Shown: positions 18,445 to 26,528, counted from the first letter of the stretch. The stretch is DNA of 64,000 nucleotides from an uncultured virus (IMG/VR IMGVR_UViG_3300020042_009962) (IMGVR_UViG_3300020042_009962), one strand, 5' to 3'. Made by a program: numbers and translations. The notes: generated from the sequence alone by a model not told the origin.

Positions 18445-18525
18445 CTATAGGAGAATGTAAGGCGCTCTCCGGTCTACTCTTCCGGATTGTCAGATCCAGG
18501 CCCCTGTCGCATCTCTGCTTTTTCA

Positions 18526-18562
18526 ATACCTAAAGATACGGTGAAAGATCTTGATATGCAAC
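18526..18562 (-). promoter_or_regulatory. leftward Bacteroidota-type promoter with no ORF downstream
   Basis: Reverse complement reads GTTG-catatcaagatctttcaccg(20 nt)-TATCTTTAGGTAT, a perfect match to the + strand consensus. Confidence 0.8.
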
Positions 18563-18613
18563 TTTTTTTTCATTTATTTTGTTATTTATATTCATTCTAA
18601 ATTACCCCTACCT

Positions 18614-18650
18614 GTTGACCCGTACGTATTATTATAGTATCTTTAGGTAT
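18614..18650 (+). promoter_or_regulatory. Bacteroidota-type promoter (divergent partner of 18526..18562)
   Basis: GTTG-N20-TATCTTTAGGTAT. Confidence 0.75.
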
Positions 18651-18673
18651 TATTAATTAAAACAACAACAAAC

Positions 18674-18832
18674 ATGATTGTAAACGAAAGTATGAGGACA
18701 GTAATCTTAAGTATTATGAAGTCCAAGATCCAAAGTGATTCAGTAAGTCCTAATCAAGTAGCTCAGGTTGCTTGGGATTGTGGAGTGGAATTGACAAGTG
18801 CTCAAATAGTATACATTAGTAATAACTTCTAA
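18674..18832 (+). CDS. hypothetical protein (52 aa)
   Basis: MIVNESMRTVILSIMKSKIQSDSVSPNQVAQVAWDCGVELTSAQIVYISNNF*, behind promoter. Confidence 0.55.
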   Translation: MIVNESMRTVILSIMKSKIQSDSVSPNQVAQVAWDCGVELTSAQIVYISNNF

Positions 18833-18842
18833 AACAAACATC

Positions 18843-19217
18843 ATGATCAGTACAATTAAAGATTTAACAGTAGTAAATTGGATAGGAGATAGAGAAGGTA
18901 TCTTCCAGGCCATAGTAAAAGTACCAGCAGGCTTTATGTCAGCATGTGAATTAGGATCTAAACTACCTTCCCTTAATAGATGGAAGAAAGGAACACTTCA
19001 ATCTATCCAGTTTAAAGCTGAAGGAACTAATCACTGGATGACAGTATTTGCTAAGAAAGGTACAAAGATTATCTTATTAGATCAGAAGATAGCTGAGACA
19101 GTAGAGGTAGGAACAATCAATCAATTGTTCTATAATACAAATCTAATGGATCACAATCAATATAAAGCTGTCAATGCTAAGACTTGGGCAGATAAGGCTT
19201 TTCTATTGAATGAATAA
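18843..19217 (+). CDS. hypothetical protein
   Basis: ORF. Confidence 0.65.
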   Translation: MISTIKDLTVVNWIGDREGIFQAIVKVPAGFMSACELGSKLPSLNRWKKGTLQSIQFKAEGTNHWMTVFAKKGTKIILLDQKIAETVEVGTINQLFYNTNLMDHNQYKAVNAKTWADKAFLLNE

Positions 19218-19301
19218 TTTTTGAAAATAAATGGGGAAAGAGTTGCTAGTTCGATTCTTTCTCCTTATATTTAGGTATCAATAATTAAAACAATAATAGT
19301 T

Positions 19302-19499
19302 ATGCAAGTTACAATTAACATTCCTCAGTCTATCTTAGACATTATTTTAGAAGCAGGTTATGATGAAGACCAAGCTCCTAAGCTTTTTAAAGGTTATATA
19401 GATTCTATTGTTCATCATCCTTATGGCCAATTTCACACTGATTTTGAGAATTGGTTTGATTCAGAAGAAGAAGAAATTATTCAAGAACTATTAAACTAA
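19302..19499 (+). CDS. small acidic protein
   Basis: ORF behind cassette promoter. Confidence 0.65.
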   Translation: MQVTINIPQSILDIILEAGYDEDQAPKLFKGYIDSIVHHPYGQFHTDFENWFDSEEEEIIQELLN

Positions 19500-19504
19500 G
19501 AGAT

Positions 19505-19630
19505 ATGAAAAAAGTAGTACTACCAGGAATTATCTACTATGAAGTAGAATTAAAAGGAGTTTCTTATATGTCTTTTAATCCTCAGGAATTAGTTGTTAGA
19601 ATGGCCCAAGCAAATCTTTCTTTAAATTAA
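19505..19630 (+). CDS. small hypothetical protein (41 aa)
   Basis: MKKVVLPGIIYYEVELKGVSYMSFNPQELVVRMAQANLSLN*. Confidence 0.45.
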   Translation: MKKVVLPGIIYYEVELKGVSYMSFNPQELVVRMAQANLSLN

Positions 19631-19711
19631 TTAAAAAAAGTTGTATAAAAAGTTGCTCGTTTAAATTATAGTTCGTATATTTAGGTATCAATAATTAAAA
19701 CAATATAAACT

Positions 19712-20020
19712 ATGGGTTATTCAACTATGTTAATGGGAAAAGGTTTTGACCAACCAAGAAATTCAGTTAATCAAATTGTTCAGTATTTAATCGAAAATCC
19801 TTTTCAGACTGAAACTGAAATTCAAGAAAATGTTTTTGACTATTTTCGATATGGTTATAGACAAATTGAATCAAATAAAAAATATGCCGACCTTTTAAGA
19901 CGTGGACTTCAAAAAGGTTTGTATAAAAGATTTCTATGGAAAAAGAAAAACGATAGTAGAAATCTATATCGTTATTATGTTCCAACTTCTGTTAAAGAAA
20001 ACTTTTTAAAAAATAACTAG
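19712..20020 (+). CDS. basic protein, possibly winged-helix-like
   Basis: IVQYL.ENP..TETEI...LLRR....GL...wing-like YRYYV end. Confidence 0.6.
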   Translation: MGYSTMLMGKGFDQPRNSVNQIVQYLIENPFQTETEIQENVFDYFRYGYRQIESNKKYADLLRRGLQKGLYKRFLWKKKNDSRNLYRYYVPTSVKENFLKNN

Positions 20021-20087
20021 TAAAATAGTTGCCCCTTCGGGGGCTATTTCTTATCTTTAGATATCAATAATTAAAACAGATAAAATT

Positions 20088-20357
20088 ATGAAAACATTAT
20101 TAGAAAGTGCAAAAGCGTTATTAATTAACGGAGCAAATGAGTTGTATGATATGAGAAAAGACGAATTAGATTTCGATGCTTTATCGTATAGAAATCATTT
20201 TTCGAATCTCGGAGAATTAATATTTCAAATTGATGCTTATGAATCATTCGGAGATATCATTAAAGATATTGAAAATGATAATCTTCAGGAATTGGGATAT
20301 TTTGGAGCAGATGAAGATTTACTTGAAGCATTTTTAAAGCAAGCATTACAAAAATAA
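20088..20357 (+). CDS. small acidic protein
   Basis: ORF behind cassette promoter. Confidence 0.65.
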   Translation: MKTLLESAKALLINGANELYDMRKDELDFDALSYRNHFSNLGELIFQIDAYESFGDIIKDIENDNLQELGYFGADEDLLEAFLKQALQK

Positions 20358-20428
20358 TTGTAAAAAAAGTTGCTCCTTCGGGAGCAATTTCTTATCTTTA
20401 GATATCAATAATTAAAACATATAAAATC

Positions 20429-20722
20429 ATGGCAAAAAAAACTTATCAGGACACTGACGGAACATCATTTCACGGAGTAACAATTCGAGCGACTGTTGAT
20501 CAATTAACGAAAGCTTTTGGAGAACCTTACGATAATAATTCGGGGGATGACAAAGTAAATTTCGAATGGGATATGGAAAATAACGAAGGGGAAGTATTTA
20601 CAATTTACGATTGGAAGGAATATCGAGTATTGAAATCTGATGAAATGATTACATGGCATATCGGGGCGAAAAGTAAATCAGATTCAAACGTTGCTGAAAG
20701 AGAAATATTAAAAGCCCTGTAA
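20429..20722 (+). CDS. conserved phage hypothetical protein
   Basis: GTSFHG.I.AT...L...FGEP...DKVNFEW...FTIYDWK...WHIG pattern. Confidence 0.7.
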   Translation: MAKKTYQDTDGTSFHGVTIRATVDQLTKAFGEPYDNNSGDDKVNFEWDMENNEGEVFTIYDWKEYRVLKSDEMITWHIGAKSKSDSNVAEREILKAL

Positions 20723-20731
20723 AAAGGGCTT
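20712..20731 (+). terminator. hairpin after cassette gene
   Basis: AAGCCCT-gtaaaa-AGGGCTT. Confidence 0.5.
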
Positions 20732-20824
20732 AAAAATAAATTGAAAATAATTGTTAAAATAGTTGCTAGTTTAAATTAATGTTCGTATATTTAGGTATCA
20801 TTAATAATTAAAACATATAACATT

Positions 20825-21612
20825 ATGACAAGATTAGGTTTATTAGAGGATCAAAAAGCAATCCTTACAGCTAAGAAAGATTTATTATCAGAGAAAAGAG
20901 GAGACGTCTATGTAAGAGAGCAAAAAGCTTTAGGAGAGGCTTTAGCAGGCTTTTACGGAGTATTTCCAGAGGATGTAGAAGTTGTAGTAACTAGAGGTTC
21001 TGTTTACTTTAAAATGGATCATCCGAATGTAAATTACAAGAAAGAATTATTCAATCTTTATTTAAGAGAGGATTATGATTTCGAAGAAGGTAAAGATAAA
21101 GATCTTATACAGGGATTGATTTATCTTACTACACTACTTCTACAAGAGGAATTGATCTTTGGGAGTTAAAAAGATTACAAATGCTAGGAAAGATTGCTGA
21201 AGTGGTTTATGAGAAGCATGATGAAATAGTTGATGCTGCAAATGCTGCTGTACTTTCTTTCAAAGAAGAATATGCTGAGGTGTTTAAGGAAATGCAAGAT
21301 GTAGGGAGTGAGATTAGAGGAGTTGAGAATTTGATTACTTACTTAGAGAAGGAAAAGATTGAAAAGGATTTGAAAGGAGAGGGAGTTGATTTTGGAAGAG
21401 GAAAAAATATTCAATTGAAGTTTAATTACTCTCCGAATGTAGTAAGTATTAAACTAATTGATCTTTCTAAATCAGGAAAGAAAGGTACTGCGGTCTTTAA
21501 ATGGAACCATGCAGGAAATGCTTCTCAAGAAGAAAATGTAAACGTTAGTTCTATAATTAATCAAGTTTATGGACTACGAGAAAATATTATTCAGCCTACT
21601 TTAGCTGAATAA
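20825..21612 (+). pseudogene. single coiled-coil-rich gene broken by a 1-nt frameshift near 21100 (track ORFs 20825..21169 and 21181..21612)
   Basis: The -1 frame from 21100 reads RSYTGIDLSYYTTSTRGIDLWELKRLQ straight into MLGKIAE of the second ORF. Confidence 0.7.
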
Positions 21613-21632
21613 TTTTTAATTATTGATCGAAG

Positions 21633-21658
21633 AAAGGGCTCCTATTAGGGGCCTTTTT
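21633..21658 (+). terminator. intrinsic terminator
   Basis: AAGGGCTCCT-att-AGGGGCCTT followed by T run. Confidence 0.7.
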
Positions 21659-21739
21659 GGGTTAAAATAGTTTGTGAAATAGTTGCCTCACTAAACTAAA
21701 GTTCATATATTTAGGTATCAATAATTAAAAAGATATATT

Positions 21740-21922
21740 ATGAAAGAAGTTAGAGAGTACTTTGATTTGAATTATGGTTATGTTGATCTAGGAGGAATAG
21801 ATGATCATGTATTAGAGAGTTTTTTATCTCGATCTTATTTGATTGACTTAAGTTTTGTAAGAAAGATGGATTGTTTATATGACTATATTCTTTCTCAGGA
21901 TTTATGTAATGTTCAAGAGTAA
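21740..21922 (+). CDS. small hypothetical protein
   Basis: ORF behind cassette promoter. Confidence 0.6.
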   Translation: MKEVREYFDLNYGYVDLGGIDDHVLESFLSRSYLIDLSFVRKMDCLYDYILSQDLCNVQE

Positions 21923-21948
21923 TTAATATTAATTTAAAAAATAAGACT

Positions 21949-22161
21949 ATGACACAGTTAATGCAATCACATCCGGGAATGGTAGAAGAAGTAATCTCTA
22001 TGTTAAGACATATGGAGATAGATGGAGAAACAATGCAACATATAATACAGAGTGTTGGATTAGAAGATCAAATGACTAGGCAATTAATGTTTCTAGCTGA
22101 TAGAGGCTATGTAGAAGACCTTTGGGAAGAGATAGTAGAGTTGGAAAAAAGTCATGATTAA
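21949..22161 (+). CDS. small acidic protein
   Basis: ORF. Confidence 0.6.
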   Translation: MTQLMQSHPGMVEEVISMLRHMEIDGETMQHIIQSVGLEDQMTRQLMFLADRGYVEDLWEEIVELEKSHD

Positions 22162-22222
22162 AGTTGCTAGTTACAAAGTTAGTTCATATATTTAGGTATC
22201 AATAATTAAAACATATAAAATC

Positions 22223-22411
22223 ATGGCAAAAGCATTTAAAGAATTAAAGTTAATTAAAGAAAGATTCATTGAGGAGATTGATGAATTAATTGCTCAATAC
22301 AAAGAAGACAAAACATCTATTGATGATGTTGACTTTGATGAAGAGTTAGGACAATTACTTTCGGACATTATTGATGATGTTAAAGAGAGAGATTGGGAAA
22401 GATCTTTTTAA
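22223..22411 (+). CDS. small acidic protein
   Basis: ORF behind cassette promoter. Confidence 0.65.
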   Translation: MAKAFKELKLIKERFIEEIDELIAQYKEDKTSIDDVDFDEELGQLLSDIIDDVKERDWERSF

Positions 22412-22490
22412 AATAAAGTTGCTAGTTACAATTAAAGTTCTTATATTTAGGTATCAAAATTAATCAATCAATAATTAAAAACAAATCATT

Positions 22491-22886
22491 ATGAAAAAAG
22501 AATTAGTATTACAGTCAGTTCAGAATTCAGTATCTTCAATCTTTTCAAAAGAAGATGTTATTAATCTTATCAATTCAGTAGAAGCAGGATCAAGTAGAAA
22601 GATTACTGTAGATGATATTGAAAGAGCAATCGATCAAACTATTAGTTGGATTGAAGATAATGAAAGAGATGTATTAGATTTAGATTCTGCTGAGTTTGAA
22701 ATCTCTTACAACAATCAATTGGAATGTACAAATGTTCCAATCAATGTTGATAACATTAGAGAAGCTCTAGAGAATAACTTTATGGACTTCGGAGAAGCAG
22801 AAGAAGATGAGGTTGTAGGTTCAGAGTTTGAAGATGGTGTATCAAGTTCAGAATTTGTTCCAGTAGATGAAGAAATAGATGATTAA
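22491..22886 (+). CDS. highly acidic protein
   Basis: ORF behind cassette promoter; D/E-rich throughout. Confidence 0.7.
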   Translation: MKKELVLQSVQNSVSSIFSKEDVINLINSVEAGSSRKITVDDIERAIDQTISWIEDNERDVLDLDSAEFEISYNNQLECTNVPINVDNIREALENNFMDFGEAEEDEVVGSEFEDGVSSSEFVPVDEEIDD

Positions 22887-22953
22887 ATAAAGTTGCCCCT
22901 TCGGGGGCTTCTTCTTATCTTTAGGTATCATTAATAATTAAAACTATATCATC

Positions 22954-23184
22954 ATGAAAGAATTTTTAGAAAGAGAGTTGTTTAGTATGAACAGAGGATT
23001 AGTAGCAACGCCTAATACAAGAGAGGACTTAGAAGCCTTTGCTAAAGCTAATGGAGGTTCAATGGATATTATTCTAATGCAGATGGCTATTAACTTTGGC
23101 TATAAGATAGCTCTAGAGAATGTTCAAGAAGAACTAGAGAAGACTTCTACTAAAACTAAAGTAAGAGGGACTATCGAGATCTAA
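22954..23184 (+). CDS. hypothetical protein
   Basis: ORF behind cassette promoter. Confidence 0.65.
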   Translation: MKEFLERELFSMNRGLVATPNTREDLEAFAKANGGSMDIILMQMAINFGYKIALENVQEELEKTSTKTKVRGTIEI

Positions 23185-23185
23185 T

Positions 23186-23425
23186 ATGGCAGATCAATAT
23201 GTAAAGGGTATGTGGAAGTTAAGAGCTCCAACAAAGCTTCCTAAGTCTACTTACCCTATGGTGGGGATGGTCTATGAAGGAGTTGATAAGTTCTTTGGTA
23301 AGAGAACGATAGGAGTCTTAGTAGAGATGTTTGATCAGAACGATGAAGCTATACTAAAGACCATAGCAAATAAATTAGTCTCAGTAGATAAAACTTCTTT
23401 AAAAATAGTTGTAGGTAAAGAATAA
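23186..23425 (+). CDS. hypothetical protein
   Basis: ORF, operonic. Confidence 0.6.
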   Translation: MADQYVKGMWKLRAPTKLPKSTYPMVGMVYEGVDKFFGKRTIGVLVEMFDQNDEAILKTIANKLVSVDKTSLKIVVGKE

Positions 23426-23467
23426 AGTTCTTATATTTAGGTATCAATAATTAAAAAGATAAACACT

Positions 23468-23740
23468 ATGACAAAAGAACAATTCTTAAACGGAACAATT
23501 TTTACAATCGGAGGACCAACTTACAAAGGAGCTTGTACTTATTCTTACAACGAGAGTGCTGGATGTATGATGAGACAAACTAGATCTTCTTTAGATGGAA
23601 GAATAGTAATGAGTGAGTACGAATGTAACTTACCTAAGATTACTAGAACAGGGTTTGAGGGTTTTGCTTTCATAATGAAAAAGAAAGTAGTAGTCAAGTA
23701 TAAGTTTTCGGACTTGGTAGAATTTAAAGAGGAGGCTTAG
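23468..23740 (+). CDS. hypothetical protein
   Basis: ORF behind cassette promoter. Confidence 0.65.
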   Translation: MTKEQFLNGTIFTIGGPTYKGACTYSYNESAGCMMRQTRSSLDGRIVMSEYECNLPKITRTGFEGFAFIMKKKVVVKYKFSDLVEFKEEA

Positions 23741-23754
23741 GCCTCTTTTTTTTT
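23732..23754 (+). terminator. intrinsic terminator closing the cassette array
   Basis: GAGGC-TTAG-GCCTC followed by 9 T. Confidence 0.8.
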
Positions 23755-23827
23755 CCTGTAGGTCAAGGTGACGTCACGGTGAGGTCAAGTTGAGAGAAGT
23801 TTGATAGTTAAGTTCCCTCAACGGGTT

Positions 23828-24090
23828 GGCACTCGGGTATCCCGAGCCACATAGAGTTGCATATTTCTGATGAAAATTGAGGTATGGGGGTATATATTTA
23901 TATATACTATGTAGCTTTAAGAGAGATGTTGTTATGGACCCAACCAATCCAATCCTAGTCCTTCCAAAGAAGAATTACTGTCCAAGGTGTCCTCCCTCTC
24001 AAGTTTAATCTATATAGCTGCTAAACCCTAGCACGGTTACCACCTATACCCCTAACCTACCTCTTATGTTGTATTCCTAAAGAATTGTTT
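23828..24090 (-). ncRNA. candidate structured non-coding RNA
   Basis: Nested complementary segments 23879..24063; G-U wobbles mostly favour the minus strand; minus-strand promoter at 24098..24129; no ORF. Confidence 0.45.
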
Positions 24091-24097
24091 CTTATAT

Positions 24098-24129
24098 TTA
24101 ATATAGAACCTTTTGGTCAATTTTCCAAC
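24098..24129 (-). promoter_or_regulatory. leftward promoter candidate
   Basis: Reverse complement GTTG-gaaaattgaccaaaaggttc(20 nt)-TATATTAA. Confidence 0.55.
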
Positions 24130-24189
24130 TAACCCCAGTTTTTTTTCCGGAAAATTTTTCGTTATAGGTTAAGTATATATTTATATAAG

Positions 24190-24603
24190 ATGAAAAAGCT
24201 TGATAGTAATGATCTTTTCAATATATTTTCGGTAGGAGATGAAGAGATTTTTAAAGAACATAAAATAGAGAATGCGGTAGATAACACCTTCGTACTTTTT
24301 GGCATGGCCATTCGTGGTGTAGAAAACTATTTTATCATAGATAAGATGTATTCCAGTAGATACCAAGAACATTATGTCTCCGTAAGAGATTCTATAAAAC
24401 TAAAGTACTTTAACGGCCTTGTAAATTACCTTGAGAGGGTTAAGGATATACAGTCAGATACGGTAGAATACCTTGAAGATGAATTCGGACCCCAGGCCAT
24501 TCATTATGCATTAGAAGAATTATTAGAGTTCTATAAGGAATTGGAGATGTACGAGAAATGTGCAATTATTTTTAAGTTTTACCAGCTTTTCTTTAAGAAA
24601 TAG
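24190..24603 (+). CDS. hypothetical protein
   Basis: ORF behind TATTTAT; C-terminal LEFY.ELEMYEKCA.I motif. Confidence 0.7.
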   Translation: MKKLDSNDLFNIFSVGDEEIFKEHKIENAVDNTFVLFGMAIRGVENYFIIDKMYSSRYQEHYVSVRDSIKLKYFNGLVNYLERVKDIQSDTVEYLEDEFGPQAIHYALEELLEFYKELEMYEKCAIIFKFYQLFFKK

Positions 24604-24639
24604 TTGCCAGATACAATCTTTATTCTTATATTTAGGTAT
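24603..24639 (+). promoter_or_regulatory. Bacteroidota-type promoter
   Basis: GTTG-N20-TATATTTAGGTAT. Confidence 0.75.
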
Positions 24640-24663
24640 ATAAATCAATTAAAAATAAAAGTT

Positions 24664-24870
24664 ATGTTAATAAGTATTTTAAATACCGTTTTTTCGGTAC
24701 CGTATTTAGTAATAGGTGTGCTTATAGCAGCCTTGCTTGATATAGCAATTCACTACACAAAAGCCACTACCCGGTTTACTTTACTTGAGATATGGGGATG
24801 TGTGATGTGTTGGCCTGCAGTTCTTTTAATACTTGCTGCAGCATTTGTAGCAGGAAAAACAAATCAATAA
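24664..24870 (+). CDS. small two-TM membrane protein
   Basis: ATG 24664 after promoter; YLVIG...CWP hydrophobic pattern. Confidence 0.6.
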   Translation: MLISILNTVFSVPYLVIGVLIAALLDIAIHYTKATTRFTLLEIWGCVMCWPAVLLILAAAFVAGKTNQ

Positions 24871-24873
24871 GTT

Positions 24874-25506
24874 ATGTATAGAGATAAAATTAGTATGGCA
24901 GAGGCTATGTCCCTTGAATTAATAGGAGAAATTACTATTGTTGATTCTTCACCAGAGTCTGCCTTGGCCTACCCCAAGGTAGGGAAGAAGTGGAAAGAAG
25001 CATTTATAACACTACAATCCAAACACAGACATATATCTCCAGGTAAACTCCTTGATTTTCTTTCGGCACGGTATCTTATAGAGGTATCTGAAGGACAGGT
25101 AGATGAGGATACAAATACTTATTCCTGGAGATATTTCCACGGTATAGAGAATAAGAAGATAAAGGAGAGGTCTGCCGATGATATCGAGTATGTTTATGTT
25201 CTTGTGAATCCCGCTTATACCTCTCTGGTTAAGATAGGAATGACCATTCACGACGTTCCTAGGAGAGTTACGGCGATAAACGCTACAGCCACGGTTGAGG
25301 AATGGGTTCCAAAATTTGCTTTACCTCTCAAGAAAGGTTCTGCCTTGAAAGTGGAGAAGGCCGTTCACAAGCATTTTTCTTCCGTTAGGATTACTTCCGA
25401 TAGAGGAGGTTCTAGAGAGTTTTTTAAAGTTACCCCTTTTGAGGCTTTTGATAAGATAAGAGAGGTAGGAGCATTGTTTACTGTAGGGGAATGCATAATT
25501 TATTAG
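24874..25506 (+). CDS. GIY-YIG superfamily protein (T5orf172-like)
   Basis: YVYVLVNP....VKIGMT....RR...N...E..VH..F...R......REFF. Confidence 0.85.
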   Translation: MYRDKISMAEAMSLELIGEITIVDSSPESALAYPKVGKKWKEAFITLQSKHRHISPGKLLDFLSARYLIEVSEGQVDEDTNTYSWRYFHGIENKKIKERSADDIEYVYVLVNPAYTSLVKIGMTIHDVPRRVTAINATATVEEWVPKFALPLKKGSALKVEKAVHKHFSSVRITSDRGGSREFFKVTPFEAFDKIREVGALFTVGECIIY

Positions 25507-25558
25507 GGATATATAAAAATAATTGCGCGGCGATTCTTCGAAAATAACTTATAAAACA

Positions 25559-25593
25559 GTTGCTACCTACCCTTTTTCTTCCTATATTTAGGT
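25559..25593 (+). promoter_or_regulatory. Bacteroidota-type promoter
   Basis: GTTG-N20-TATATTTAGGT. Confidence 0.7.
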
Positions 25594-25612
25594 GTAATCA
25601 AAAAGATATAAT

Positions 25613-26266
25613 ATGAAACAGATTAAATTTTTACTTTTACTAGTACTTTCCTTATTCGTTTTTAGTTGTTCTACTCCTGAAATTGAGTCGGATGTATGTT
25701 TAAACGGTAATTGCGGGGCTGAATTCCGTATTGATACCCAAGGTCATCCTGGAACTTATCAAGATGTTCAAGGTGTTTGGCATATTAAACATGCTGGATT
25801 GAATTATTTTACTGTAAAAGGTGATGTAAATGAATTGGATCCTCACTATGTTATTAACGGAATTCCCTTAGTAAGCGTAGGTTTTGACTCTAATTTCTTT
25901 TATACCCCAGGAAATGTTATATGGACTTACCCTGTCTATTCTTACTTAGGACTATGGTCAAGCAATCAAATGAACACCCCTATTGCTATAGGAACTCAGA
26001 CTTATACTTTCCCGCAGCTTATAGGGCAGACAAACATAATGAACCTAACAGGGTATACTATTCAGAGAAATCCTAACGTAAATGTGAATCACCCTGCATA
26101 CAAGACTTATTTCGCTACATATAGTAAATATACATACAGACCTCAGCAGTCTATGACGTTTTTTACAGATTTTATAGGTAGATCTGCTACGATTTATATA
26201 GAGGTTACTCTAGGGGAGAATAAGAAAACTATTTTAAAAGAGTTAAAAGTAGTGTTTGAACCATAA
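25613..26266 (+). CDS. lipoprotein
   Basis: MKQIK + hydrophobic core + FSC lipobox. Confidence 0.75.
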   Translation: MKQIKFLLLLVLSLFVFSCSTPEIESDVCLNGNCGAEFRIDTQGHPGTYQDVQGVWHIKHAGLNYFTVKGDVNELDPHYVINGIPLVSVGFDSNFFYTPGNVIWTYPVYSYLGLWSSNQMNTPIAIGTQTYTFPQLIGQTNIMNLTGYTIQRNPNVNVNHPAYKTYFATYSKYTYRPQQSMTFFTDFIGRSATIYIEVTLGENKKTILKELKVVFEP

Positions 26267-26354
26267 GAGTTGTTTCCCAAAAAAAAAGTTCATACCTTAC
26301 CCCTATATGGATTTATAAAGTATAAAGAAGTATTAATAAATTAAAAATAAAAAA

Positions 26355-26528
26355 ATGAGAAACAAAGACTTGTTTACACAGAAATTAGAGAGATTTGAAT
26401 CCGAAGTAAAAAAAATCGGGTACCATGTTCATCGTAATGAACAAGCAGAAGCATATGCTAAGGTAGAGGAGTTATTGGAAAAGGTAGGGGATCTTAGAAC
26501 TCTATTAAATACAGAATCTCAAGACTAA
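26355..26528 (+). CDS. small helical protein (57 aa)
   Basis: MRNKDLFTQKLERFESEVKKIG...NTESQD*, TAATG-coupled to the HD gene. Confidence 0.55.
   Translation: MRNKDLFTQKLERFESEVKKIGYHVHRNEQAEAYAKVEELLEKVGDLRTLLNTESQD

Larger units (their letters stand above)
19242..23460 (+). repeat. dispersed ~50-bp promoter/leader repeat heading each small-gene cassette
   Basis: AGTTG-N20-TAT(A/C)TTTAG(G/A)TATCA..ATAATTAAAA at 19242, 19652, 20028, 20369, 20762, 21682, 22163, 22418, 22892, 23408. Confidence 0.9.

Noticed and set aside
19242..23460. CRISPR or integron (attC) interpretation of the dispersed repeat
   Set aside because: Intervening sequences are whole ORFs of variable length, the repeat matches the promoter consensus, and no integrase or attC-type inverted core sites are visible.
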